A stretch of 63,521 bases of DNA, counting the filler. It is 10 parts of 10 records of this genome, joined end to end, with 100 filler letters (N's around TTAATTAATTAA, not from the genome) between each part and the next. Parts side by side here need not be neighbours in the genome. Positions count along the whole stretch, not along the records: positions 42,979 to 51,295 come from SRR7504441_4794; positions 51,396 to 55,174 come from SRR7504441_4795; 8 more parts are not named here. One strand, written 5' to 3'. Within the stretch, counting starts at the first letter, position 1. Each line of letters opens with the position of its first letter. The position numbers and the translations under genes are program-made. The notes below the pieces were generated by a model, which saw only the letters and a list, made by a program, of their open reading frames with translations, did not search any database and was not told where the DNA came from. Shown here in pieces: positions 45,368 to 55,274 of the stretch.

Positions 45368-47398
45368 CTAGCACTTAATCCCTTTCTGTGCAGCGAGTGC
45401 AATCAGCCCTTCAGAAGCTGTGCCTAGCGGAAAGTACGGCTTGGGCAGCCTAGGGCAGAAGGGCTTGCTCAGCTCGGTGAGCATCGCGTGGTCGCGCGCC
45501 AGTTGGACCAGCGCTTGCTGCGACCACTGCATCCCCTCGCTGTTGACCCGCGAGCGCAGCTCAGCCTTGGCTGTGTAGATCTTGTCAAACAGTATCAGCA
45601 CCGACCGGATGATCGGGTGTGCCGTCTCCATCCCGTCAATCTGCCCAAACTCGGACAGGAACGAGTGCACGCAGATCCTGAGAGGGTCGTCAAACAGGAT
45701 CGCCAGCTTCACCAACGCGGCCAGGCACACCGAGCGCGTCTCCCAGTCCCCAAACTGTGCACCCTGCTGCAGATGCACTGTCATGGCCTGCGCCGCAATC
45801 GAGCGCTCCGAGTGATTCGGTTGCCACCCGCCGGGGGCCAGCTGGACACAAAACTCGCCTATAAACCAATAGAGCCCCTTGTGCACCCGGCGCATCCCGT
45901 CGCTGTTCTCCGGGCCATACGGCTGATCCAGCATGCGAATGATGCTTCGGAGCACTGTGTCGGCCTCGAGCGCCGGCCGCATCACCCAGGTCTCGAGCAC
46001 AGATAGCACCAGGTCCACGTTGGTGCTGTTGGGCACCGTCACCACACACTCGACTGTAAACTTGAGCGATGCTGAAGCCAGAAAAGGGAGCAGCTCGGCC
46101 CGCCGGAGCAGCGAGCCGACCAAGTCGTCGATGAAAGAGGAGGGCACGCTGCCGGCCAGCTCCTGCCGGCACATCTCGCGGGTGACCACCCATTCGTCTG
46201 GAGAGAGCGAGGTCCAGAGCAGCGCCTGTAGCCCACGCAGCCGGAGCGGGGTGGAGCCGGACTGGACCGCGGAGAGCACAGCCGGGTGGAGCGAGCCGAA
46301 CGGCCCGGCCTGCACCGAGGTGACCACCGCACTCGAGGCCGCGTACACAGTCCATGCTCGCCCGAACGATATGGCAGTCCCGAGTGCCGCGTACAGCACT
46401 GCCCGGGGCGGCTGCTTGCGCGAGGGCGGCGCCAGGATGCCCGAGAGCGTGGCGAGCATCCGCTTGGGCACGTTGCTCTGACTGGTGCACCGGCTCCATC
46501 CGCACTCGGCCAGCCGCTTGAGCCCAGCCAGCACCACGCCGTCGGGCTGGCCGGATCCGAGCGCCAGGTGCACAATCGCCTCGAAGAAGGCGTCTCTGGT
46601 TGGTTCGGGCACGGCCTCGCTCATCACCACGTTGTAGCAGCTGGTGAGCAGCGAACTTGCCGACAAGTGGTCCTCCAGTTGGAACGGCCATCCCTTCCCA
46701 GCCCGCGGCAGGTGCGGAAGCAGCTCGGCCGCCAGCTCGGCCGGCCGGGCCTCGCTCTGCCGGACGAGCACCGCCAGCCCGTTCCTTGAGCACTGCGGCT
46801 CCTTGGAGAGCGCGGTGCTGATTGCATAAGGGAGTAGCTCGGCCCGCTGCGGGAAGTGGACCGCGCATGCGGCCATGGTGGCGGACTGGATCGCCATCGA
46901 GACCGCGTTCGTCTTGCCGGCGAGCGTGCCCAGGATCGACAGCAGTGCCGTCTGGACCGACCCGAGCGCCGAGGGCGGCAGATCCAGACTGGCCAGCAGC
47001 CGGAGCGCGAGCACCCGGCGGGCGGCCACCGCGTGGTTGAGCTCGGCGGTGACGCACTGGAGCATGCTCTGGTCGAGCTTGATCGAGGGGGCCAGCTCAT
47101 CGAGCGCGTGGTAGCTCGAGCGCAGGATATGGTAGTCGGAGTGTCCGTTGAAGAACTGAAGCAGCCCGGACACAAGCCCCGGGTCCAGCCGGTAGTAACT
47201 CAGCTGCTCGAGCAGCAGGTGCGCCTTCTTGGCGGTGCCAGACTTGGCCGGGGCAGCTGCCTGCTGCTGCAGCTCGTCACTGAGCGAGGCGTAGCTGCCG
47301 TTTGCGAACGGGACGCCCTTCAGCCCCTTGCGCAGCACGCCCGGGAACTTGAGGATCTTGTCGTAGCGCGCCGCCTGCGTGAGCGCCTCATCTTCCAT
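45368..47398 (-). CDS. Adaptin-like HEAT protein; probable TSET complex large subunit (TSAUCER/TASH3-like, no SH3)
   Basis: LYWFIGE, LQQGAQFGDWETRSVCLAALVKLAILFDDPLRICVHSFL and FCPRLPKPYFPLG match my recollection of conserved blocks in plant TASH3. Confidence 0.65.
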   Translation of the reverse strand: MEDEALTQAARYDKILKFPGVLRKGLKGVPFANGSYASLSDELQQQAAAPAKSGTAKKAHLLLEQLSYYRLDPGLVSGLLQFFNGHSDYHILRSSYHALDELAPSIKLDQSMLQCVTAELNHAVAARRVLALRLLASLDLPPSALGSVQTALLSILGTLAGKTNAVSMAIQSATMAACAVHFPQRAELLPYAISTALSKEPQCSRNGLAVLVRQSEARPAELAAELLPHLPRAGKGWPFQLEDHLSASSLLTSCYNVVMSEAVPEPTRDAFFEAIVHLALGSGQPDGVVLAGLKRLAECGWSRCTSQSNVPKRMLATLSGILAPPSRKQPPRAVLYAALGTAISFGRAWTVYAASSAVVTSVQAGPFGSLHPAVLSAVQSGSTPLRLRGLQALLWTSLSPDEWVVTREMCRQELAGSVPSSFIDDLVGSLLRRAELLPFLASASLKFTVECVVTVPNSTNVDLVLSVLETWVMRPALEADTVLRSIIRMLDQPYGPENSDGMRRVHKGLYWFIGEFCVQLAPGGWQPNHSERSIAAQAMTVHLQQGAQFGDWETRSVCLAALVKLAILFDDPLRICVHSFLSEFGQIDGMETAHPIIRSVLILFDKIYTAKAELRSRVNSEGMQWSQQALVQLARDHAMLTELSKPFCPRLPKPYFPLGTASEGLIALAAQKGIKC

Positions 47399-47694
47399 CT
47401 TGCCCGGGGTTAGGGCCGTCCGGGGTTATTGCCGGCGTTGTTCCCGGGCACGCGGTATTTGGGCCACGGTAGAGGCCCGCCACCTCGCCCCTTGGATCCT
47501 GCGCCTCCGGCTGACGGCCTGGATTTTAACGGACAATAGCTGAGTTGATACATGCCCCGGAACGCATTTCTCTTTCCAAGGGTTTCATTAAGTTTGACGA
47601 TTAAACATATGGGAGCCGGTGTACAATGGCGCCCTCTGGGTGCCTTCACGTGCCTGAATTAATTAGCATTAATGGTTTGCCTTCGGCTAGCCGG

Positions 47695-49122
47695 CTAGCT
47701 CCATTTAGCCAAGGGCTTTGATGGAGGGTAGTCTCTTGGTGTAAAGTATGGTGCCCGCGGGCTAGGCTCGGGCTGGCTAAGCCTCGAGAGCTTGATCCGG
47801 ATGCTGCTGGCATTAGCGAGCTCCTTGAGCATCCCGGCTTCATGTGTTGCTTGGTTCACGGACACAAGGTAATCGCCCACCTTGATCTGGCCACTCGCCT
47901 TCGCCAGTCCGTCCGGCCGCAATGCCTTGACCCAAAGCTTGCCACTCACCCCGAACCAGCTGCCCTCGACCGGGCCTATCTTCATACCGTAGCTCTGCCC
48001 GCCTGCCTTCCGCAGTTCGACCTCCTTAGACAACCGGAGTCCGGGCATAGCCGCCTGTTGTCTCCGTTGCTTGTGCCCGCGCTGCTGCTGCTGCCAGATC
48101 ATTACTACCGCCCTATACTGCAGCTGCTCTATCGCTTTGTCGATTATTCTGACAGCCAGAGCCGTCCTGGCCATGGCTATCCAGCCCAAATCGGCATCTG
48201 CTCTTGCGGGGCTTGGGGACCTCGCCCGTACTGCCACCTGCTCCATCCCTCCCAGCTGCAGCGCCCCGATCAGCGCCGAATCCTTGGCTATCCTTTTCCG
48301 CCAGCCCGCACCGCGCTGTCTGGCCAGCCGCTGCTCGACCGGCTCCATTGCCCGCTCCATCGAGCGATCCAGCTCACCCGCCTGAGCCTCAATCCCCAGG
48401 GCCATCCGGGCGCGCCAGTCGGCCCCACGTTGGCGCGGCGGCTCGGGGATCAGCTGGTTGGCCACAGACTGCTGGATCTCGTCCCGCCAGGCCAGATTGG
48501 CGAGCACACGGAGCCCGAGCTGGCGTACGTCCTCGCGCTGTGCCTCCGCCGAGCACCGGAGCAGCAGCTCGCGGGTGGGCCCATCCTCCCACATCAGCTT
48601 CTGGTTGGCCCGGTTCCGCGCGATCGCGGCCAGCAGCATCAACCCCTGTCGTTGCACTTGGTACAGATCCGCACTCCCGGCGCACTCGAGCAACAGCTCG
48701 CGCGCCCGCTCGTCCTGCCAGATCGCCTTCTGGTTGTCCGCGTCGAGCGCCAGGTTACCAATGGCCTGGAGCGCCTCTTGGACCCCCAACGGGTCGGCCA
48801 ACTCCCACATCGTCGCGTTGTCCAGCAGCACCCCCCGCGCCTCTGGGTGCTCCCACATCGGGCGCCGGTTGGCCCCGCTGAGCGCCAAGTGCCGCAGGGT
48901 GGCCAGCGCGGCCCGCCGCTCGGCCTGATGTCCGTTGGCCGCCGTGTGCAGCACCCGCTCCCGGAGCGGCCGGTGAGTCCAGATCCATTCGGCCTTGCCC
49001 AGCTCGAGCGCCCGCCGCCCGAGCGCCCGAAGCGCCTCACACTCCGGTGAGGGCGGCGGCAGCCCGGCCGGCGGACTGGCTGGCTCCGGCGTGGAGGGTA
49101 CCAGCTCGGGGGCAGGCTGCAT
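47695..49122 (-). CDS. Armadillo repeats + IQ-like motif + PDZ domain protein
   Basis: Three ARM-like repeats (ALQAIGNLALDADNQKAIW); WQQQQRGHKQR; SYGMKI...LRPDGLAKASGQIKVGDYLVSVN. Confidence 0.8.
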   Translation of the reverse strand: MQPAPELVPSTPEPASPPAGLPPPSPECEALRALGRRALELGKAEWIWTHRPLRERVLHTAANGHQAERRAALATLRHLALSGANRRPMWEHPEARGVLLDNATMWELADPLGVQEALQAIGNLALDADNQKAIWQDERARELLLECAGSADLYQVQRQGLMLLAAIARNRANQKLMWEDGPTRELLLRCSAEAQREDVRQLGLRVLANLAWRDEIQQSVANQLIPEPPRQRGADWRARMALGIEAQAGELDRSMERAMEPVEQRLARQRGAGWRKRIAKDSALIGALQLGGMEQVAVRARSPSPARADADLGWIAMARTALAVRIIDKAIEQLQYRAVVMIWQQQQRGHKQRRQQAAMPGLRLSKEVELRKAGGQSYGMKIGPVEGSWFGVSGKLWVKALRPDGLAKASGQIKVGDYLVSVNQATHEAGMLKELANASSIRIKLSRLSQPEPSPRAPYFTPRDYPPSKPLAKWS

Positions 49123-49203
49123 CAACCTGCTGCCGGGGGCCCCGCAAGTCCCACGCCAGCCGCATGCAGTGGCAAACACAACGGATTTGGCACAGCGTAA
49201 AAA

Positions 49204-51003
49204 ATGCGCCTGGCTCCGAGGCCTGCGGTGGGGTCCCCGGAGTGCCCACCGAGCAGCCGGCCGGGACCACCGAGCTTCCGGTCGTACCAGCCGGAGGTGC
49301 TGCTGTACGCGCGTTACCTCGGGATGGACCCGGTCCGGGACAAGAGCCTGCTCTGGATCGCCCAGCAGGGGATCGACGCCCCGCTCCCGCCCGGCTGGGC
49401 AGAGTGGACCGACTCGGACGGCACCGCCTACTACTACCACCACCCGACCCAGGAGACCACCTGGACCCACCCGTCCGACGCGCACTACTGGCGGCTGTAT
49501 CGCAAGCTTAAAGCCCGGCAGAAGCCCCCGAAGAAACAGGCTGCGCCGAAGCACACACCAGCCCGACCGGCCACCTCACGACGCCCAGATAAGGCTGGTG
49601 CCCAGGAGTCGGATCAGACGCGGGCTGCCACTGCGCGCAGTGCCAGGACGCCGCACTATGCGATGCCCCTGCGCCCGGTCAATCGTGAGAACTCGTCGGC
49701 CAAAGGCAAAATGCGCGCCTCCGGGAAGAAAGAGCCGGAGCCCAAAGGGTACATCAGTGCCGTACTGCAGCTAGTGCGAGGAGAGCGTGGGGCACAGCCA
49801 CCAGAGGAAAAAGCACAAGAGGCGATGGAAGTTTCGGAACTGCTCAAGCCGAGGCCACCATCAAGCAGGCCCAAAGGTAGGGAAATGTCCAAGATGCAGC
49901 GCCAAAAAGTGCTTAAGGCAGCGTTTGCGGAGCCTCGTCGATCGACTCTTGGCCCTGAAGACCCGATTGCTCGGCCTAATATCCAGCAGCTGTGGTATCC
50001 TGCTCCCGAGAAGAAGTTCTTTGTTCCCGAGTACCACACCAAACGTAAAATAGTTCACAAGCTGAAACAGAGGCCTGTCGCAGAGGAAGAAGCTGAAATC
50101 GATGAAGTTGCAGCCCTCATAATAGTGCCGCGAGTACAACTCGCTACACTATACAAGGCGTTCAAAAGGCATGCAGTTTCTGATCAGCGTTTCACAGAGA
50201 AAGAATGGGGCGAAATGCTCTCCAAAATTGGCATTAAGCGAGCTGATGTGAAGCAGCGCATGTTCAAGGTATGGTCTCGCGCGCACCCTCCACGCCGGCG
50301 GTTTCTTCACTTCAAGGATGCCACCCAGGCCCTCTGTGCATTGGGCGTAGGTGACAAGCAGAAGCAGGCACAAGCAATCTTTCAACTCTGTGACATGGAC
50401 AAGAATGGCTCGCTTTCGCGTGCTGAACTGCTATCATTTGCTCAGGACCAACACCCTCTTGGGAGTCACCTTCCGCGAAGTGAGAAATCGCGACTCTTCA
50501 TTCAGGTCGGCAAGTTGTTTGAAATTCTTGGGGCATCGTCAAGCAAGGATGAGATATCTGGCGAGCTCTTCGTTGCACAGGCCGTGTTAGATGAGTCGGT
50601 GTGGGAATACTTGACACAGATCAATCCTTACACGCATTATTTTGAGGATTGGGATGCAGAGTCGACTGGTATGCACAATCTACTCAATGCTCTACTGATG
50701 AAAGCGGACAAGGAGGAGCACAGAGCAAGTGTAGAGGATCGTGTACTTGCGCTCGCTCGAACAATCCACGACGATGGATCTGGTTTTATTGATGCAGACG
50801 AGATACTTCAGGCGTTGATGTCCCTTGGATACCAAGCAGACGAGGCTGAGGCCATTGCAAAGGAGAAGTGTGGCTCCAAAGGCATGGCTGTTGACGACTT
50901 TGTGTCTACATTCACAGCTTTGGCCGAATGCAATCTTAAAAAGTTTGCTCAAGTAGAAAAGGGATATGGCATGGCCAGAGTTGCCAGTCAGCAAATCTTA
51001 TGA
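49204..51003 (+). CDS. CEP164-like N-terminal WW module fused to EF-hands
   Basis: EVLLYARYLGMDP..LLWIA..APLPPGW...YYY...TTWTHP; EF loops DMDKNGSLSRAEL and DDGSGFIDADEI. Confidence 0.8.
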   Translation: MRLAPRPAVGSPECPPSSRPGPPSFRSYQPEVLLYARYLGMDPVRDKSLLWIAQQGIDAPLPPGWAEWTDSDGTAYYYHHPTQETTWTHPSDAHYWRLYRKLKARQKPPKKQAAPKHTPARPATSRRPDKAGAQESDQTRAATARSARTPHYAMPLRPVNRENSSAKGKMRASGKKEPEPKGYISAVLQLVRGERGAQPPEEKAQEAMEVSELLKPRPPSSRPKGREMSKMQRQKVLKAAFAEPRRSTLGPEDPIARPNIQQLWYPAPEKKFFVPEYHTKRKIVHKLKQRPVAEEEAEIDEVAALIIVPRVQLATLYKAFKRHAVSDQRFTEKEWGEMLSKIGIKRADVKQRMFKVWSRAHPPRRRFLHFKDATQALCALGVGDKQKQAQAIFQLCDMDKNGSLSRAELLSFAQDQHPLGSHLPRSEKSRLFIQVGKLFEILGASSSKDEISGELFVAQAVLDESVWEYLTQINPYTHYFEDWDAESTGMHNLLNALLMKADKEEHRASVEDRVLALARTIHDDGSGFIDADEILQALMSLGYQADEAEAIAKEKCGSKGMAVDDFVSTFTALAECNLKKFAQVEKGYGMARVASQQIL

Positions 51004-51295
51004 GCACCATCAGTGATGTACTAGCTGCCAGTGGTACGTACGGAATCGGAAGCGTCTTGATACACATTCACACATTCAAGAAGTCCACTGTAAGTGTACC
51101 AAATATTCTGATCATTGCTGTTTTTAAAATTTAAAACTAAGAGAGTCTATCAAGAGACAATTGTAATACAATTATGACATTGGTTTAACTAACCTAACCT
51201 ACCACGATCGCGAGTAATCGAGCTATTATAAGTAATCGCGAGTTAGTAGTATAATTATTAGTTTATTGTAAATCAATGGTCGCACTAGGCGTTTG

Positions 51296-51395
51296 NNNNN
51301 NNNNNNNNNNNNNNNNNNNNNNNNNNNNNNNNNNNNNNNTTAATTAATTAANNNNNNNNNNNNNNNNNNNNNNNNNNNNNNNNNNNNNNNNNNNN
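51296..51395. other. Artificial contig spacer
   Basis: N44-TTAATTAATTAA-N44. Confidence 0.98.
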
Positions 51396-51518
51396 CGAGC
51401 CGTGACGGCAGGATTTCTTCGATTTATATTGGTAAATTTATATTTTTGTACACGTACCTCCCATCATACTCCCATCACAGGTGGTAACGAGGTGATGCGT
51501 CGTTAATGTGACGTTTCC

Positions 51519-54500
51519 TTACTCTCGGTACGCAAATCCAGCCTCCGGATCATCATCGGTGTTTGCAAAACTCAAATACAACGAATCATTTCGACTCGGA
51601 TTTGTGTCTCGCCCTGCACTAGAACCCTTGCTACTCGGACTTTTATCTCGCTCTGTCTCCGAAAATTGCTCCATCTCGGTACTCATCCCAAGCGCAGATG
51701 CCCGCACCGCGTCTGTTGTACCTACTGTGCCAAAGATCCCCACGGAGCTCACTGTTGGGGTGATCCTGGGCCCGTTGAATGCTGCGTCTTGTGCCCGTAC
51801 CCTACCATACAACGCAAACCGGGCAGTTTCAGCAGCAACATTGAACCCATCCCTATGCAGCGCCGAGCTATGCTCCAACGCGTCAAGCAGAGCCACGAGC
51901 GCCACCTGCGAATCTCGAATCCACTGCACCCATTGGTCGTCCGAGGCTGCATACGCTGGTGGCTTGTTTGTCGGGAGGCGGGCCTCCAAATTGATGGCCT
52001 GCCCGCCGGTCTGGGCTGCACCCTAGTTGGCACACCTGCAGCTGCGAGACCCGCTGCTTCATGAAGCGCTCATGCTCTGCAGCTTGGAATCTGCCAGACC
52101 AACATGGGTCAGCAGATTAGCTCAGCCGCACCTCTTTCGCTCCTTGTTCATCGCAAAGTACATAGACATGATCAGTAGTGAGGCGGTCCAAATCATGATG
52201 ATGATGCCCTGGATCAGATGGGTGTTTGTCGAAACGCAAACAGTGCCCTTCTGATCATGGTTGTCCTGTTTATAAAAGGCATATACATAACGCTGCCTGA
52301 AAAAGTACTGATTTGCTTCAGCCATGTCTGCACCAGCAGGCTGTCCTAGTGCATCAAAATAGTTTAACCAGAGTGTCCCATCCGGGGAATATTGCTGTTC
52401 TATGACAACCACAACAAACTGGAACGCCCATTGGATCCCAATAGTCATGCCGACCGCCAGACTGAATTTTTTGGCTTGAAATTGCCCTGCTCGCATCGCA
52501 TCAGCTAACAAAGGGCGCTTTTCCCCATGGCGCAGCCACTTTGGACGCTCTAGTCTCCGTGAGAAGATGGCTAGGAATCCTAGCACCACCGCTGTCACGA
52601 TGGATATAAATGAAAATAAATACGCGAGCCACTTGTTGCAGTCAGCGCTGTCCCCAGACTCAGCCAGCCCAGGCAGTAGCCGCACCCGTCAGGAGGCCAC
52701 ACGCTGCCCACCCAATTTAGCTCATCGTTGACCACTTGCTGAGACGACAGCCAAACAATCTCACTGACCCCGGTGCACGCCAGGTAGAATGTGTAAACAA
52801 TCACAATCGGTCGTCGATGAGTCATTGGTGCTTTAAGCCTGGTGCTGAGCGTGGATAGCTTGTTGGCCTTCCAGCCACTCACAACCAAGTGGGCACATGA
52901 GATTGATATGATGAACAGCACGGCTACTGAGGTGTAGACCAAGCGGTATCCGTAATTGATGACGAAAGTACCGTCTGCGAGCGTAGATTCTGATAGGCCT
53001 GGCACTTCTTCTAAGGCTGCCCGATCGAAATGTGGCTCGCTAAAACCATGGAATGGATTGGCCATCAACTGATTGAAGTTTGCCAGGTACATGAGCAGGA
53101 CAAGGTACACAGTCGTACTTGCTATGATGAAGTAAACGCGACTTTCGCACAGATCGCCGATTAAGACACAGACTAGAGAAGGAAACACGATCCCCGATAC
53201 GATGATCTTGGGCATGAACAGGACAAAGTATCTGCAAACACCACAGTCAGAGTGCCTTGCCACTTGGGAAGCCGCACGTCCAAAATTGGTTGTCGGTGTA
53301 CGACTCAGCAAAATCTGCAAATGATATGCAAGCGATCACAGCTGTGAAAGCAGGCAAGATATCCATCCCCAGCACCCAGTATAGACCAAACACGGCGAAC
53401 CAGAGAACGTTTGAGCAGGTTACCACTGGCCACCAGCCTGCTGCGCCACCAACCCCAACGCCTGTATTCCATGGTTTCGAGGTGAAGATATCGACAGCAG
53501 CACGGGTCCGGTTGATCAGACCAAGGGTGGTCCAGGCATTGGCTAGATCAACCTTGAGATGACGGGTAGATACATAGATTTGATCTGGGTTTTGGTCCTT
53601 CGGCTTAAGCTCAAACACCACTCCGATCACACGCAAGATGTCGCGCACCGCTCGACACGTCACTGTGGTCGAGATGGCACATCCCTCGAGGTCATAAAAG
53701 TGAACATCAACTGATTCTAGCTCAATGATCTTGATGGTCTCTTCGACAAGTGCTCGGAGCTCAGCACTGCTACGGGCAGTGGGATCGATTAATGGGTCGA
53801 GCAGTTGCCTAAGCTGCTTTGAAGAAGCAAGTGATGGGTACAGAGTCCAGAGGGGCGCCTTGGCCTCGGAGAACAGCATCCACCATTCGGCCTTTTCTTC
53901 ACCTGTCACATTTCCAATTAAGACGATCTCACCAGCAGTGAGTGAGCATCGCTTGAGTTTGCGGGACTTAGTTGCCTCTATTTTGTTGCGCTCTTGGAGC
54001 TGGATTGCCCGAATGGCATTCATAATCTCTTGCTCTGCCCCTGCGTTGTGACCAGTCTTAAGAGAGGACCGATCTTGCGCGCCCGCCCCCGCTTGCTCAA
54101 GAACAAGCCACGCCCAGTGTGACCGGTCAACAATGAGCTTTGATACCATCGCCTGTGCTGCAAGACCCTCTATCCGTATTTGAAGCGCCCGGACATCCAC
54201 TGCAACTTCAGTCTCATTCGTGGTGCTAGTTTCATTTATGTGACCCTTTACTTGCACAGACGGAATAGTGAGTTTGATCCCATCCAATGCTCCTTTCCAG
54301 TGAATGAACGTAAAGACTAATCCGCTGTTCATCTCATCATGGCTCATGTAGGCTGCCTCACTCTTTGGAGCCGGGATCAACACCTCGAGCGCCAGTTTGT
54401 CACCGTACTTGCCCGCTGCCTCCTGTGTGCTCACATAGTCCTGCTGCGCAGCCGAGTCAGACTGGTTTGGTCGAGCAAGGCCAGCATTCTGAAACAAATG

Positions 54501-55174
54501 CTCAAAGAAAGTGGTGCTGCGCCCCAGCTCCGTAGTCAATTTCACTCGCTCACACGACAAGAAGCTGCGCTGCTGTCCCGAATCAAGATTCAGTTGAGGA
54601 CTTTGAGCAAGTAGAACCTGCCGCCTCTCAGAACCACTCGCAAAGTTAGCTTGGCCCATGATCTCAAAGCAGCAGTGCAGCTTGCACAGCACCGCGACGA
54701 AATCATCCTCGTTGGTGCAGTATGGCACCACCCAACTGCGGTACACTTTAGCAGCAACGATCCATGTATAGAGACTGATTAGCTTTGAGACTGAAAAGCC
54801 ATGGATCTTTGGACTCTTTGCTAGGCCGGTTTGAACCTCCCGCACAAAGGTTGTGACTAGCCCAATGACCCGCTTGCTTGTGTCTAGCGACAGCTCAAGT
54901 GAGATCAGCTCATCAGTGCTTAAAAGCAAACTTTGACCACCCAGTGCGAAGATGTCAACCGCTAGGTGTTTTAGCGACTGCGGTGCAAGAACAAGAGAGC
55001 CTGGCCGCAAGATCCATTTCAGGGCGAATACCATTTCAGTTGGCAGTGTGAGCAGCGGCACCGGTGCCGCATTGTTCTGGTCGGTCAGCGTTATACCCAA
55101 GCGAGTCACTCGCATCTGAATGCAGTCGTTTGGTGCATCGAGCACCTCGTTGCCGATCTCGTCTGTGTGTGCAG
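51519..55174 (-). CDS. Unknown multi-pass membrane protein (5' truncated)
   Basis: ORFs join through introns 53232-53277, 52648-52685, 52091-52131 and 51999-52035; several hydrophobic helices follow a large soluble region. Confidence 0.7.
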
Positions 55175-55274
55175 NNNNNNNNNNNNNNNNNNNNNNNNNN
55201 NNNNNNNNNNNNNNNNNNTTAATTAATTAANNNNNNNNNNNNNNNNNNNNNNNNNNNNNNNNNNNNNNNNNNNN
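55175..55274. other. Artificial contig spacer
   Basis: N44-TTAATTAATTAA-N44. Confidence 0.98.

Noticed and set aside
51186-51200. TAACC units as a telomeric repeat
   Set aside because: Only 2-3 imperfect copies and not at the contig end.
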